Translations under genes and position numbers: made by a program | The notes under the pieces: model-generated | Told to the model about the DNA's origin: nothing | Databases searched by the model: none | Seen by the model: the letters and a program-made list of their open reading frames with translations, nothing else | Shown: positions 25,801 through 37,161 of the stretch, one piece after another | How the letters are laid out: each line of letters begins with the position of its first letter | How positions within the stretch are numbered: position 1 is the first letter of the stretch | Origin: Azolla caroliniana | Taxonomy: Eukaryota; Plantae; Polypodiophyta | Direction of reading: 5' to 3' | NCBI GenBank assembly: GCA_043228905.1 | Contig: JBHGNT010000001.1 | Span: forward strand, 28,768,001 to 28,832,000 | DNA length: 64,000 nt

Positions 25801-27073
25801 GAAAAAAGTGCCAGAAACTCAGTATTGAGGCATACTGACAACGCTGACAAACATCAATATAAAAAGCATCATGATTCCCATGGGATGACACCTGGAAAGT
25901 ACAAGGGCTCTGATTCCTACATGATTCAAGGGAAGTATAAGAATTACATAAATTCCCATATGATATCCGGCAAGTACTATGACTTTGATGCTGATTCTCA
26001 TGGAAGTCCTGGCAAGCCACGCCGAGTTTCAGGGTTAGTACAGAAAAGGAGTAATGAAATGATGTTTGCTAAATAAAGTTGGACATTTGTCCTATTCAAA
26101 TCACGAATCCTGATAAACCATAATATGCTTCCCAGGACAGGGCATCACAAGGCTGGCTGTTCGTGTGTAGTATGCTCTGGTGTCCGACGCAAACATGGCC
26201 ATGAGGAAAAATTTGGTAATTATGCAGATCATTGGAATACAACTGAAGCTGACGCTGCCATGACTCCAGAAAGGCTGTTTCTTAGATTGAAAACTGAGGT
26301 ACTACAGGGATTCCTATTTGTTTTTGGATTGTCCAGACTCAAAACTTACATTTTGAGAAAAATAACTAAGGTGAAATTTTCACTTGTGAACAGCCCAGAA
26401 GTCATGGGATGCTAGGTGTGGAGGAGAGTAAAGATGGTTACAGAACCAAAACATCTATTTGGGAGAGAACAAATTCTATAGCAGATGAAGAAAAGAATGG
26501 TGCATTGAATAAAGCTAACAGCAATGAAGACATCGTGGATGTTGCATATGAAGATGATGGTGGAAGTGATAGTGGTAAGGCAGATGACACCACTTTTGGG
26601 CAGAGAAAGAAAGAATCTATGGCACAAACCAAAGGCTACTCAGGAATTGAAGGGCAGCTACAATCAGGAAAGGATCGCATACGAGAGGATTCTAAGGGAG
26701 CAATACTAGAAGATGCAGAGGATGTGATTCATATTGAGGAGCAATTTGCCGATACACTGGATGCAGAAACATACCGTGATGAGGCAAATATAATATATGT
26801 TTATGTTTCTATTGAGAGTATCTCATGCAATTTATAGTATGTTTTTTTCTTATTAGTTTGCCTCGTTTGGAACAGGGAGGGGTTAGATACTATAGGGCGA
26901 GTTACGAAATGCCACTTCGCAAGATCAATCCAACCATTTTGGACATGGGTCACAGACTGTTTGGAAAAGGCTCTCTTTGGAATAATGGGCATTCTCTGAG
27001 TAAGCATTCAATAAAGGCTTATTCAGAGAATCCAATACTGAGTACGGTCTCTATGTTTCTAAGAGGCAAGTGA
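19870..27073 (+). CDS. Bromodomain-containing protein (At1g58025-like architecture), ~731 aa, 8 exons
   Basis: Exons 19870-20511, 21043-21120, 21197-21431, 24747-24986, 25784-26033, 26136-26298, 26394-26783 and 26876-27073 join in frame. Bromodomain: [54 protein letters not shown]. It also has an acidic N-terminal tract, an HHKAGCSCVVC motif and a C-terminal NPTIL..LF..SLW..HSL motif. Confidence 0.85.
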
Positions 27074-29180
27074 CCGCCTCTGGCACAAGTGAGTGTGGTC
27101 ACCTTCAGCATTGAGAAAAGGCCACCTCAACTTGAATGAGTAACGATATTTTGCTGCATTTGGGCGGTGTTTGTAGAGAGACGTGGCAATTCTACTTGTA
27201 CTCAGATGTGCTATTTATTTGTGTGAAGAGAGGGATGGAGAGTGAGATCGCACACATGTATCATGAGCAAAGGGTCTGTTTCCACTTGCGTTGGATGTAA
27301 AATATCAATTAACCTGATCCATATCAGCTGTATTTTGCCTTGAAGTTTCTAATGTATTCCAAACTTACACAAAGATTGTTGCCAGTATTATAGGTCATCA
27401 TTGATCTATTACTTTAGCACATCCTGTAATAACTTGACAAATAGTTAGGTAATCAAGAAGAAAATAGTCTTTTTCCCCAATGGACGAGTATCAATGCATA
27501 GTTGAAATGCTTGTCTTATGCAATGCAAATGATTAATTGGCAAGTGTTATTATTTGATGACAACCTCATAATTAGGTCTTTGGACGGAGATGGTGATGTA
27601 TTGTCCTTGTGAGGCCAGTGAATCATTACCTTAGAAGAGTTCCTACTGTGGCTCCTGTGTTTTTACAAGGTGATTCATACTTTCTAGAAGATTATGTATA
27701 TACATACCATAGAAGTGCTGGCAGTTGTCAGTTACTTGGAGAAGTGTTGATTTTTGTGGATGTATATGGTTGCTCTCATGCTTTGAATGGTTTGGTGAAA
27801 ATCAAATTGTCAGATCACCCATGGATTTTATAGTATTTACAAAAAGAAAGTGTTGGTTATCCATTTGAATAGAGGCAAAGTCATGACAGAATGCCCCTTC
27901 ACGAAAATGTAATTCGTCTAAACTCTTGGGTGAATTTCCTTGAGCAATTAGGAATACTTTTGCTGCGAAGGAGCAAAAGCTTGTTTAAAGAAAACCTAAC
28001 AAAATAATAAATGGAAAAAATCTAGGAATATTTGTGGTGCTTGCTCACATTTTAAGATGTATGAAATTTGGCAAGTACAATAATAATATCAGTGGGATGT
28101 TTTATGTAATGTTGAACGTAAGGGTCAATTTAGCCCCATAGTTATACACCATGCAATGTTCGGTGGGACATTGAAAGGTTCCTTCTCTAGGTTTGTCACG
28201 ATCATTGATAATCCATTATGGCAAATTGTAGTAAAAAGAGATTTACAGGATGTTACTTTTGGGCCTTGGCTGTAATGTGGTGTCTTTGTTGGAGCTTGTA
28301 TATATTATTATCCATGAACATTGTATTCTTTCCCATACATTGGGTGAAAACCAATAATCCCACAGTGTCTTATGGATTCTTCATAAGTGAGCCATGTGGA
28401 TATATTTGATGCAAACTAATGTCTTATAAATTTGATGTATGGAATTAATTCCATGATTTGTTGGTAGGTTACACATTTTGATTGAGCGAATATAGATCTA
28501 CATGGAGCAAATTGAAAGAAATCTTTATCATGAATGGCAAATAAATATGAAGTTTATAAAGGTTGGGGATTGATTGATCCATGATAACAGTTGAATCCAA
28601 ACTTCACATGAATTCTTAAGCAAATAGACATCACATTATCTAATAGTAAAAAGTTAGCTTCAATAATGTACCCTAGATTATCTAAGTCCATTTCTTAAAG
28701 TGAGTGTCTTCTCAACGATGAGTTTGCATGGGATTGTAGTAATTACTACAAGAACAAATTGAGACATCATATAATCAAATTACAAGTGTATCTTGAACTA
28801 CATTATAATCTCTTCTTAGCAATGAATACGAATGGAACTCTAATAACCGTGACAAGAATGATTGACATATCATAGAATCGTTGAACCAAATCTAAGGATA
28901 CATTAATGTTTACTTGAGTGCGAACTTGCATGTGATTGCAACAGCTTTTACAAGGAGAATCTAGATATTATTTAATCCAAAAAACAAATGTATACATACG
29001 GATCGAAATGATACTCTAGAAAAGAGTCGATTCATTGTTGATCAAGGCTAGCAAGATATATTGGTTATGAAGTCTCGCGGTAGCTTAGAGTTTAGAATAT
29101 GAGGGGCTAACTCTGTAATTTGAAGTAAATGGTGATTCATTTCCTCAACCAGCAGCAGCAGGAGCTATGGTGGCAGCATC

Positions 29181-32100
29181 ATGGTTCTCTGGCTCTTCAG
29201 ATGGCCACAAAAAAGCTTCACAAACGCCCCTTGTCTCACACAGAAACGCAGTGTTCATAGTGATTCCGAGATCAGTGCTGCCCAACCTAGCCCGTATACT
29301 TTTGTATGTCTTCTAAAAGCGTGTGGAAGTATTTCTGATGTTCAAGAAGGTATGAAGCTCCACATGAATGCAGAAGAGAGAGATTTTACGCGGGACGTCT
29401 ATGTGGGAAGCACTCTCGTGAGTATGTATGGAAAGTGTGGAAGTTTACCGGACGCAGAATGTGTGTTCTTTCATTTGCCACAACGCAATGTAGTGTCATG
29501 GAATGCAATGCTCGCCTCTTACGTTTGGAATAGTGCGTCAGAGAAGGCGATCAAGCTTTACCGACAGATGCACGAGGAAGGTGTAAATGCAAACCCTCTT
29601 ACTTTTGTGGCTGTCCTCAAAGCATGCAGCTTTGATGCTATTGCTGATGCTGATGATGGTTCGGAGAAAAGATTGAGCTCTTGCCAAATAGGACGAGCAC
29701 TACATTCGGATGCTCGTAGGAAGCTTTTGGCATCAAACGCATTTGTTGCAAACACACTTCTTAGCATGTATAGCCGATGTAAATGTGCTAATGAAGCAGA
29801 AAATGTGTTCCTTGGGCTATCAGCACGAAGTATCATTTCATGGAATGTGATGCTCTCCTTATATATGGAGCAAAACGAATGTGTGAAAGCGCTCCAATTG
29901 TACAGGAAATTACATGAGGAAGGTATGGATCCAGACCATGAAACTATGATGCTTGCCCTGCAAGCATGTTACAGTTTCGAAGAGAAAGGAGAGACCATAG
30001 CAAAAAGAACGGTTCCTGTCAAGATCTGCCAAGCAATACAGGTTGATGCTTGGAAGAAGGGATTCAGATCTGATGTCATTATTGGAACCATGTTTATAAG
30101 CATGTACAGCAAGTATGATGACATTGCAGAAGCTGAGAGTATTTTTGCTGCATTATTAGAGCCTGATATTGTGGCTTGGAATGCCATGCTCTCAGGGTAT
30201 GTTAAGCATCAGCAAGAGCATAATGCTTTTAAATTGTATGCACAAATGCAGGAAGAAAGCATATGCCCGGATGAGTGGACATTTGTGGCCTGTGTTCAAG
30301 CATGTGCCAGCCTTGCATCGAAGGAAGAATCAACCAGACAGATATCACTAGAGATTGGCCGGGCACTACATGCTAATGCTCGGAGGAAAGGGTTTGAGGC
30401 AAGAATCTATGTGAGCAATGCCCTTATAAGTATGTATGGGAAATGTGGAAACATACCAGCAGCAGAGAACGTGTTCAGGAGGATGCTAGAGCATGACATT
30501 ATCTCCTTGAATGCATTGCTCTCAGTGTATGTGGAGCAGGGCCAAGAGAATCTGGCTCTGCAGTTTTACTTACAAATGCATAGCAAAGGTCTGGTTCCAG
30601 ATGTGATGGGCCTTGCGACAGCTCTGCAAGCATGTGGAGATTTTGTTGATAGAGAAGAACCTTTTGTACTGAAAGGAAGCTCAACTAAATATATATTCCT
30701 GAAGATTGGAAGGGCATTACATGCCGATGCCTTGCTCAAGGGATTTGACTCAAATATGTTTGTTAGAAGCACTCTTATAAGTATGTACTCTAGGTGTGGA
30801 AAAATAATAGAAGCAGAGAATGTCTTTCTCAAGGCACCCAAGCAAGATGTTGTGTTATGCAATGTCATGCTTTCTGCCTATCTTGAGCATAGACAAAGAA
30901 AGATGTCCTTACAGTTGTTCAGGTTAATGCAGGAACAGAGTTTCTATCACGATGATGAACGGACAATTGTCCTTGCACTGAAAGCTTGTTGTCTCGATGC
31001 TGATGATTTGATCGGAGGGAAGATTAATGTAGAATCCTGCTTGGAAATTGGCCAGGCAGTGCATACTCATGCCTGGACAAAGGGTTTTACGTCAAACATC
31101 TTTGTTGCATGTACCCTAATTAGTATGTATAGTAGGTGTGGATGTATGCTTAAAGCTGAATATGTATTTGAGAAAATAACAAAGAGAAATGTTGTGGTGT
31201 GGAATACAATGCTCTCAGCATATTTGGAGAGAGGTGAAGGACGGAAGACTTTGCAGCTCTACAGAGAGATGCAGCTGGAGGGTGTAAAACCAGATCAACA
31301 GACCTTGGTCACTGCCCTTCAAGCATGTTGTACCCTTGCTGAGAAGGGGACTGCTGAGAAACAAGGGAGGCCAATGAAAAAGGTTGTGTTGGAAATAGGC
31401 CAGGCACTTCATGTCGATGCCATGAACATCAAAGGTGCCTCCACAGATGCATTTGTTGGCAGCGCTCTTGTCACTATGTATGGCAACTGCAATGCTGCAT
31501 GTGAAGCAGAAGCTACATTTTACAGCCTTCTTGAGCATAGCCTTGTCACATGGAATGCAATGATTTGCATATACGTCGAACAGAACAATTATGAGAAAGC
31601 TATACACCTCTACGTGCAAATGATCAAGGATGACCAGATGATCAATGATGTCACACTCGTTTGTATCCTACAAGCTTTCATAGGAATCGGGAGCTTGGAG
31701 GCATGTTACCAGATTAATTTCATCATTGTTCTTGGTGAAAATTATTCATGCCCTCTTCTGTCAACTAGTCTCATCCATGCATACGGGAGCTCTGCATGCA
31801 TGACAGATGCCGAGGCAATTTTGAATGGGCTGTTTCAGCCTGATGTTGTGTCTTGGAGTTCGTGCATTGCGGGTTTTGGGCGGGAGGGAAACTATGAAAC
31901 AAGCATCCAGTTTTTAGAGAAAATGAACATAGAAGGCATTGCAGCAGATGAACTGACATATTGTTCATTTCTCTCTAGCTGCAGTCATACTGGCCATGTT
32001 GAGAAGGGTTTTGAAATATTTGTGTCAATGATCAAAGACTCAGCTATAATACCAGAGTTGAAACATTATGCCAGCATAATAGACCTCCTTGGACGTGCAG

Positions 32101-32345
32101 GTAAGTGCGCAAAAGCTGAAGAAGTATTACAAAAATCCCCAATGCAACCTGACCTTGCTGTTTGGTTAAGCCTGCTTAGTGCATGTTGTCTACATAGCAA
32201 TGTGGAGGTTGCAAGACATGCGTTCATTTCTGCAGTCCGTCTTCAACCTGGCGACCCTGCTGGTTATGCCTTGATGGAAAATATTTACAGACAATGTGAT
32301 TCCATGGACAAATCGTATGGAGTGGACCATGTTGCCCACATATAG
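29181..32345 (+). CDS. PLS-class pentatricopeptide repeat protein with E1/E2 domains and no DYW (organellar RNA-editing factor type), 1054 aa, intronless
   Basis: Repeated P-L-S triplets (VVSWNAML.., PLTFVAVLKAC, VYVGSTLVSMYGKCG) end in HYASIIDLLGRAG...PDLAVWLSLLSAC...GYALMENIY. The exact start codon is uncertain. Confidence 0.93.
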   Translation: MVLWLFRWPQKSFTNAPCLTQKRSVHSDSEISAAQPSPYTFVCLLKACGSISDVQEGMKLHMNAEERDFTRDVYVGSTLVSMYGKCGSLPDAECVFFHLPQRNVVSWNAMLASYVWNSASEKAIKLYRQMHEEGVNANPLTFVAVLKACSFDAIADADDGSEKRLSSCQIGRALHSDARRKLLASNAFVANTLLSMYSRCKCANEAENVFLGLSARSIISWNVMLSLYMEQNECVKALQLYRKLHEEGMDPDHETMMLALQACYSFEEKGETIAKRTVPVKICQAIQVDAWKKGFRSDVIIGTMFISMYSKYDDIAEAESIFAALLEPDIVAWNAMLSGYVKHQQEHNAFKLYAQMQEESICPDEWTFVACVQACASLASKEESTRQISLEIGRALHANARRKGFEARIYVSNALISMYGKCGNIPAAENVFRRMLEHDIISLNALLSVYVEQGQENLALQFYLQMHSKGLVPDVMGLATALQACGDFVDREEPFVLKGSSTKYIFLKIGRALHADALLKGFDSNMFVRSTLISMYSRCGKIIEAENVFLKAPKQDVVLCNVMLSAYLEHRQRKMSLQLFRLMQEQSFYHDDERTIVLALKACCLDADDLIGGKINVESCLEIGQAVHTHAWTKGFTSNIFVACTLISMYSRCGCMLKAEYVFEKITKRNVVVWNTMLSAYLERGEGRKTLQLYREMQLEGVKPDQQTLVTALQACCTLAEKGTAEKQGRPMKKVVLEIGQALHVDAMNIKGASTDAFVGSALVTMYGNCNAACEAEATFYSLLEHSLVTWNAMICIYVEQNNYEKAIHLYVQMIKDDQMINDVTLVCILQAFIGIGSLEACYQINFIIVLGENYSCPLLSTSLIHAYGSSACMTDAEAILNGLFQPDVVSWSSCIAGFGREGNYETSIQFLEKMNIEGIAADELTYCSFLSSCSHTGHVEKGFEIFVSMIKDSAIIPELKHYASIIDLLGRAGKCAKAEEVLQKSPMQPDLAVWLSLLSACCLHSNVEVARHAFISAVRLQPGDPAGYALMENIYRQCDSMDKSYGVDHVAHI

Positions 32346-32420
32346 GGTTCTTGTACCATCAATGAGGACAACATATTGAAACTTGTACGAGTTAACAAAC
32401 TTGATCGAAAAGACCCTGAA

Positions 32421-32711
32421 ACCATTGAAACCATTGGACCAGACGTAACTAAGAAATTTGGAGAGATAGTGAGGTCATGATGTCCAGGATTATCAGATCT
32501 TTGATATGTGAATCCAGCAGCAGCCTCAATGTCAAATGACATGTTGTATTAATGTAGATATTGCCACAAAGTTGTATAAACATGACCATTGAAACCATTG
32601 GACCAGACCTAACTAATAAATTTGGAGAGATAGTGAGGTCATGATGTCCAGGATTATCAGATCTTTGATATGCGAATCCAGCAGCAGCCTCAACGTCAAA
32701 TGACATGTTGT
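32421..32711. repeat. Direct repeat, 2 x 127 bp (period 164 bp), downstream of the PPR stop
   Basis: ACCATTGAAACCATTGGACCAGAC...CAAATGACATGTTGT at 32421-32547 and 32585-32711 with about 4 mismatches. Confidence 0.92.
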
Positions 32712-34134
32712 GAGCCCAACAATGCATTATTGGACGTTTTTTTGAATCAGGCATGTTATGTCTAATCCTCATTTATTTGCATGTGATAAACCCGAATTTA
32801 TACATTCATAAAAGCAATACTAACAGAGAACATTCTGTGCAGCTAATCTCAGATGGATTTTCTGCATTCAATTTATGTCTGCATGGAAGTATCAGTTCAT
32901 TATTCCAAGCACAAGACTCCAAAGCTTAGGCATTGAAATGTACACATATTTGTTTGGATTTTTGTCGCTACCGACATCTTTTGACTATCCAGAAGATCTT
33001 CAATACTTCAGAGATCAGCAACAATAAAGTTCATATTTAGAGGGCAAGAAAATATTCATGGGCAAGCAATTATAGATGCAAAAAATACAATGAATGGAAA
33101 AGACTCAGAACAGTACGGAAGAAGTATGGCGCAAATACTGCACCATGGGCTTGGGTTTACTTTGCTCTTTCTCAAAACTACATGATTAACCGAAGGCTAA
33201 ATATGTAATGGGAAGTAATACACAACTATCGGTAGTGCTTGATAGGGCAAGCTGTAGTATAACTTGGACATTATATCCACACATCCACAAGAAGATGGAA
33301 ATTTATTTTTCACGTCTTGATTATGGCAAAGTGTTGGTGATCCATTTTCATAATGTTTTAGTTTCCTTTGAAGTCTTCACATCCCACAACCACCTCCCTC
33401 TGGCCTTGATGGCCTTGTGCACGTCACTAACATTAGCAACCAAGGAAGATGCAACATAATAATCAGGCCACAGAATAATTTTCAAGATGAATTATTGTCA
33501 TTTATTTAAGAACCAGCTTAACAAGTGTATCGTATGCCTGAGCATTGTCTCGCTATGTTAGATACAAAATCAAGGAAATTTTTCTCAATGGAAAATATGT
33601 ACAGTAATTTTAAATTAAAAGGTAAATTTAGAGGATTTGATCGATTCTCTACAGGAGTTTTAGATCTGCTTAATCAACCCTCCTGCAAATCATGGTAAAG
33701 GTAGCCAAGACATCATTCTAAGAGTTTCAGATTGATTAACTAAAGTATGTAAGTAGCAGTAAAATGATACAGTCAATTTCAAAGTTACACCATCTCAACA
33801 AAACTGGAATATGCAACAAATGGCAATTCAACAATTCAAAGTAATTCAAGTGTTTAAACAGAATCTCGTTACAAAATATTATGGTTTTTAAACAAAAAAG
33901 CTTATAGATCTGTTCATGCCTCAGTTGCTGCCAATCTCCAAAATAAAGGCTGATAATGCCTCATTCCCCCTTTCAATGCAGGACTAAGTTTAAGCTTCCT
34001 CATCCAAATGCAACAGCACCACAATTTTGTATAAACTGTTCTCAATTCAAATACCATTCAGTATATATAAGCAACCAATATGTGTAGGCTGCCATTTAAC
34101 TGCATGCAAGCAGCAAGCTTTGTTAATGGAGCTG

Positions 34135-37100
34135 TTAGTGCACCATATCAATGTGTAAGCTTAAATCCCGTTCACTGTGTACAGCCAATCCACATATTGG
34201 ACAGGCTATAGCCAACGAACTCCTAAAAGAGGAATTTAGACTACTAGCAACTTCAGGTAAATGTTCCTGTGGAGTACTTTCCATGAAGTGTTCACTATCC
34301 AGATGAGCATTAAGTTGTACTTCTGCAGCTGTACCCTCAAATGTACAGCTGCAAATAGGACATTTGCTGATGATTGGAGATCCTATACTTGTAAGGGGGC
34401 TTGTGAATGCAGTGTCAAAGGTTCCAGACAATGATGGGGTGGTTTGCCTTACTCCATCAAGAGATGACTTAGGATTGTGGGTGGCAACTTTATGAAGATC
34501 CATTTCTTTAAGCATGACTGCACGGCCACACAATTCACAAGGAGCTGTTCTTGAGCCACAGATAGACTCATGTTGTGTTAATCCATGTAACTTATCCCTT
34601 ATGTTATCTACTCCTGCACCAGCTTGAACCATGTCACCACAAAATCTGCATATAATTATTCGCAATGGACAACTATCTGCCTGATGTTTAACCTGAACAA
34701 GCCAGACAAAAGAATGTCAACAAAAAATGGCTAAGCTCACTACAACTTTTGACACCAATTCAAGCCTTCCACTTTACCATTTCATCTCTTTCCAAAGTAG
34801 CACCACATCCACAAAGCTGGGGCTGGTGATAGACTTTCAAATGCTTTGGAAGTTCATCTGAATGCAAGGATTCACCGCATTTTGGACAATGCACATGTTT
34901 CTTGAACTCCTGATGTCTTAAAACAACACCACAGCCTGGATGATCACAAACAATGTTATGGCGCCTGCAATATGCCTCGTGTAGGGAAATCGTTCTGGTT
35001 GGAATTGCTTGCCTACAGTTTCCACATATCTCAAATCCTGTTTGCACCTCAGAATCACTGGCACTATGAGCACCGAGTCGCTGTACACTTGCCTGCACAG
35101 GTGGCTGTGAGCGGACCAAAATTTTGAATGAAGAATTACCTTGGTAGCCAAACACACCAATACTAAAAGAACTTGCTGACAATTTCTTCTGAGCACTCAT
35201 CAAGTGAATTGTCTTTGAGCCGATATCATGAGAAGCCCATTGATGTTGATGTTGAGTTGGAAATAACATTGGATGTGCTGCTATATATAAATCTGCATCA
35301 TTTGTAATCCCCCCACCCTCGATTTCCAACTGGACATTCACATCTATGTCCCCATTATTGGCAGCATCTCGAAGTTTCTCGTCAAGACTGAACTTGAAGT
35401 ACTTGTAGGCACCTTCTTCTACATATCCATTCTCGGGCTTGTCTATTTGAAGAGGTACTAATCTGCCACTCTGGGAGGTCGAACCTGGGGAAGAAATGGC
35501 TGGAACCACATCAACTTCCATGTCTGTCTCCAATACTGACACATTTGAAGACGGTTTTAATTCTAATACATGCAGCACATACTCTACTCCTCCATGTTGA
35601 ACAACTAGCACATTCCCCTTGGAAAGAGTCGCATGCTGCCTAAGCTTTGTTTCCAAAACAGCTTTATGGTTCGGAACATCTGCAAATTCTGCAACCTCAG
35701 GCTGAAGTTTCGCATAGGTACATTTAGGCAGCCTCACATATCGAATCCTGATAAATGGCCCTGTAGATGTTGATGTAGCTGTGTTAGAAAGGCCAACGTT
35801 TTTCCACACATGTGAGGGTAACTCTGCATATCCCTCTGGAGCAGTGAACTGCAGAACACCAGAATGAGTGCTTCTTTCCATGGTCTCATTCATCTCATCC
35901 CCATTGTCGAGTGAAATTTCAAAAAACATAGGCCCTTTATCTAGAGCTCCTTGAGAAGAAAGGTGCTCAAATGCTGATGGTGGTAAATTTATTTTATCTC
36001 CTTCCCGTGCAACAAAGGTAGACTGAAGAACAACATTGAACCTGATACCATCTCCCACATGCAGGTCACTCTCTTCTTGAATTCTGGCCTGAAAGATTTA
36101 AAATAAAGAATATAATGGATGCTCAATTTTATTAATTTCAATTGTAATATCTCTCCCTGTCATGTCTCCTATATCTATGACTATTTCTATCTCTTAGAGA
36201 GTTATATTATTAGCTAACAAGAATATCTGGTATTTTAGGCAGTTCAATTTGATTACATTTATTTTCCCCTCTCCCCTTCATCCTCTCCTCCTCACTCAGC
36301 AATTCCTGTGCATAAATAAATATAGAACCACAAACATTACCAGTTAATTGCTCATTTAGCCTTTTATATTAAACCATACTTAATAGGGCACCCCATTATC
36401 TTATAGCTTATGGAGCACATGTTTCTAATATAAAGCAATGGTCAAGACCCCAGTTCAAAGGGAATATAAGCCCCTACAACCTCTAAGTGAAAAGAGTCAC
36501 ATGCCTGTATTAGAAGGACGATTTCAATCTCTTTGGTCCTAGAATTGGAATCCTAGTTCAGGAAAATTAGTGTAGGTATTCTCATCAATTTCTTAATGTT
36601 TAACTTATTTGCAAAATAAATGCTATAGAAGTTAGTTCCCAGGAACTTGTGGTAGATCTGATCAATTATGCAAGATTATTGTGCTCGAAAGTTGAATAAT
36701 ATAAGTTTTTTTATTCCCGGCCCGTTACCAAATCTATTGCCAATAATGAGCCATGATATCTAAAATATCCATTCCCGCATCAGTATCCTAATCGAGAAAA
36801 GAATCGAATTTGTGAGGTCCACAAAGAAACAGACCACGAATTGATATGTAAAACCCTTGCAAAATGTGTGATTGAACTGAGAGTAGATTTAATTAAGAAA
36901 TTTGATCCAAGTCCATTCACTTAACATTTGAATGAGACGAATGAATAAATGAACAAAACGAATGAAAGGATTGGAGACCTGTGCAGCAGCCTGGGATTCT
37001 TCGATGCGGCGTTGTCGTTGGGCAGTCTCGAGGGCTTCTCGAAGCCGGGCAGCCTCCTCTCTCCCTTTCCTCTCCCGATCAGCGCGAGCCTTCGCCTCTG

Positions 37101-37161
37101 CTTTCCTCTGTTTCTGCTCCCGCTCCCACTTCTCCTTAGCCTTCTTCAACTCGAAATCCAT
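34135..37161 (-). CDS. UFD1-domain protein with TRAF-like and C2H2/UBZ-like zinc fingers (At4g15420-like), 683 aa, 3 exons
   Basis: Exons 37161-36979, 36088-34778 and 34692-34135 have GT-AG boundaries and join in frame. It begins with an MDFELKKAKEKWERE coiled coil. UFD1 motifs: GDKINLPPSAF, THSGVLQFTAPEG, LPKCTYAKLQP, KAVLETKLRQHATLS, VSVLETDMEVD. Multiple CxxC..H fingers follow. Confidence 0.9.

Noticed and set aside
32421-32711. Tandem repeats as a CRISPR array or box C/D snoRNA cluster (also 11146-11327)
   Set aside because: The context is eukaryotic with only two long copies and no repeat-spacer pattern. There is no proper RTGATGA...CTGA pair with terminal stems.
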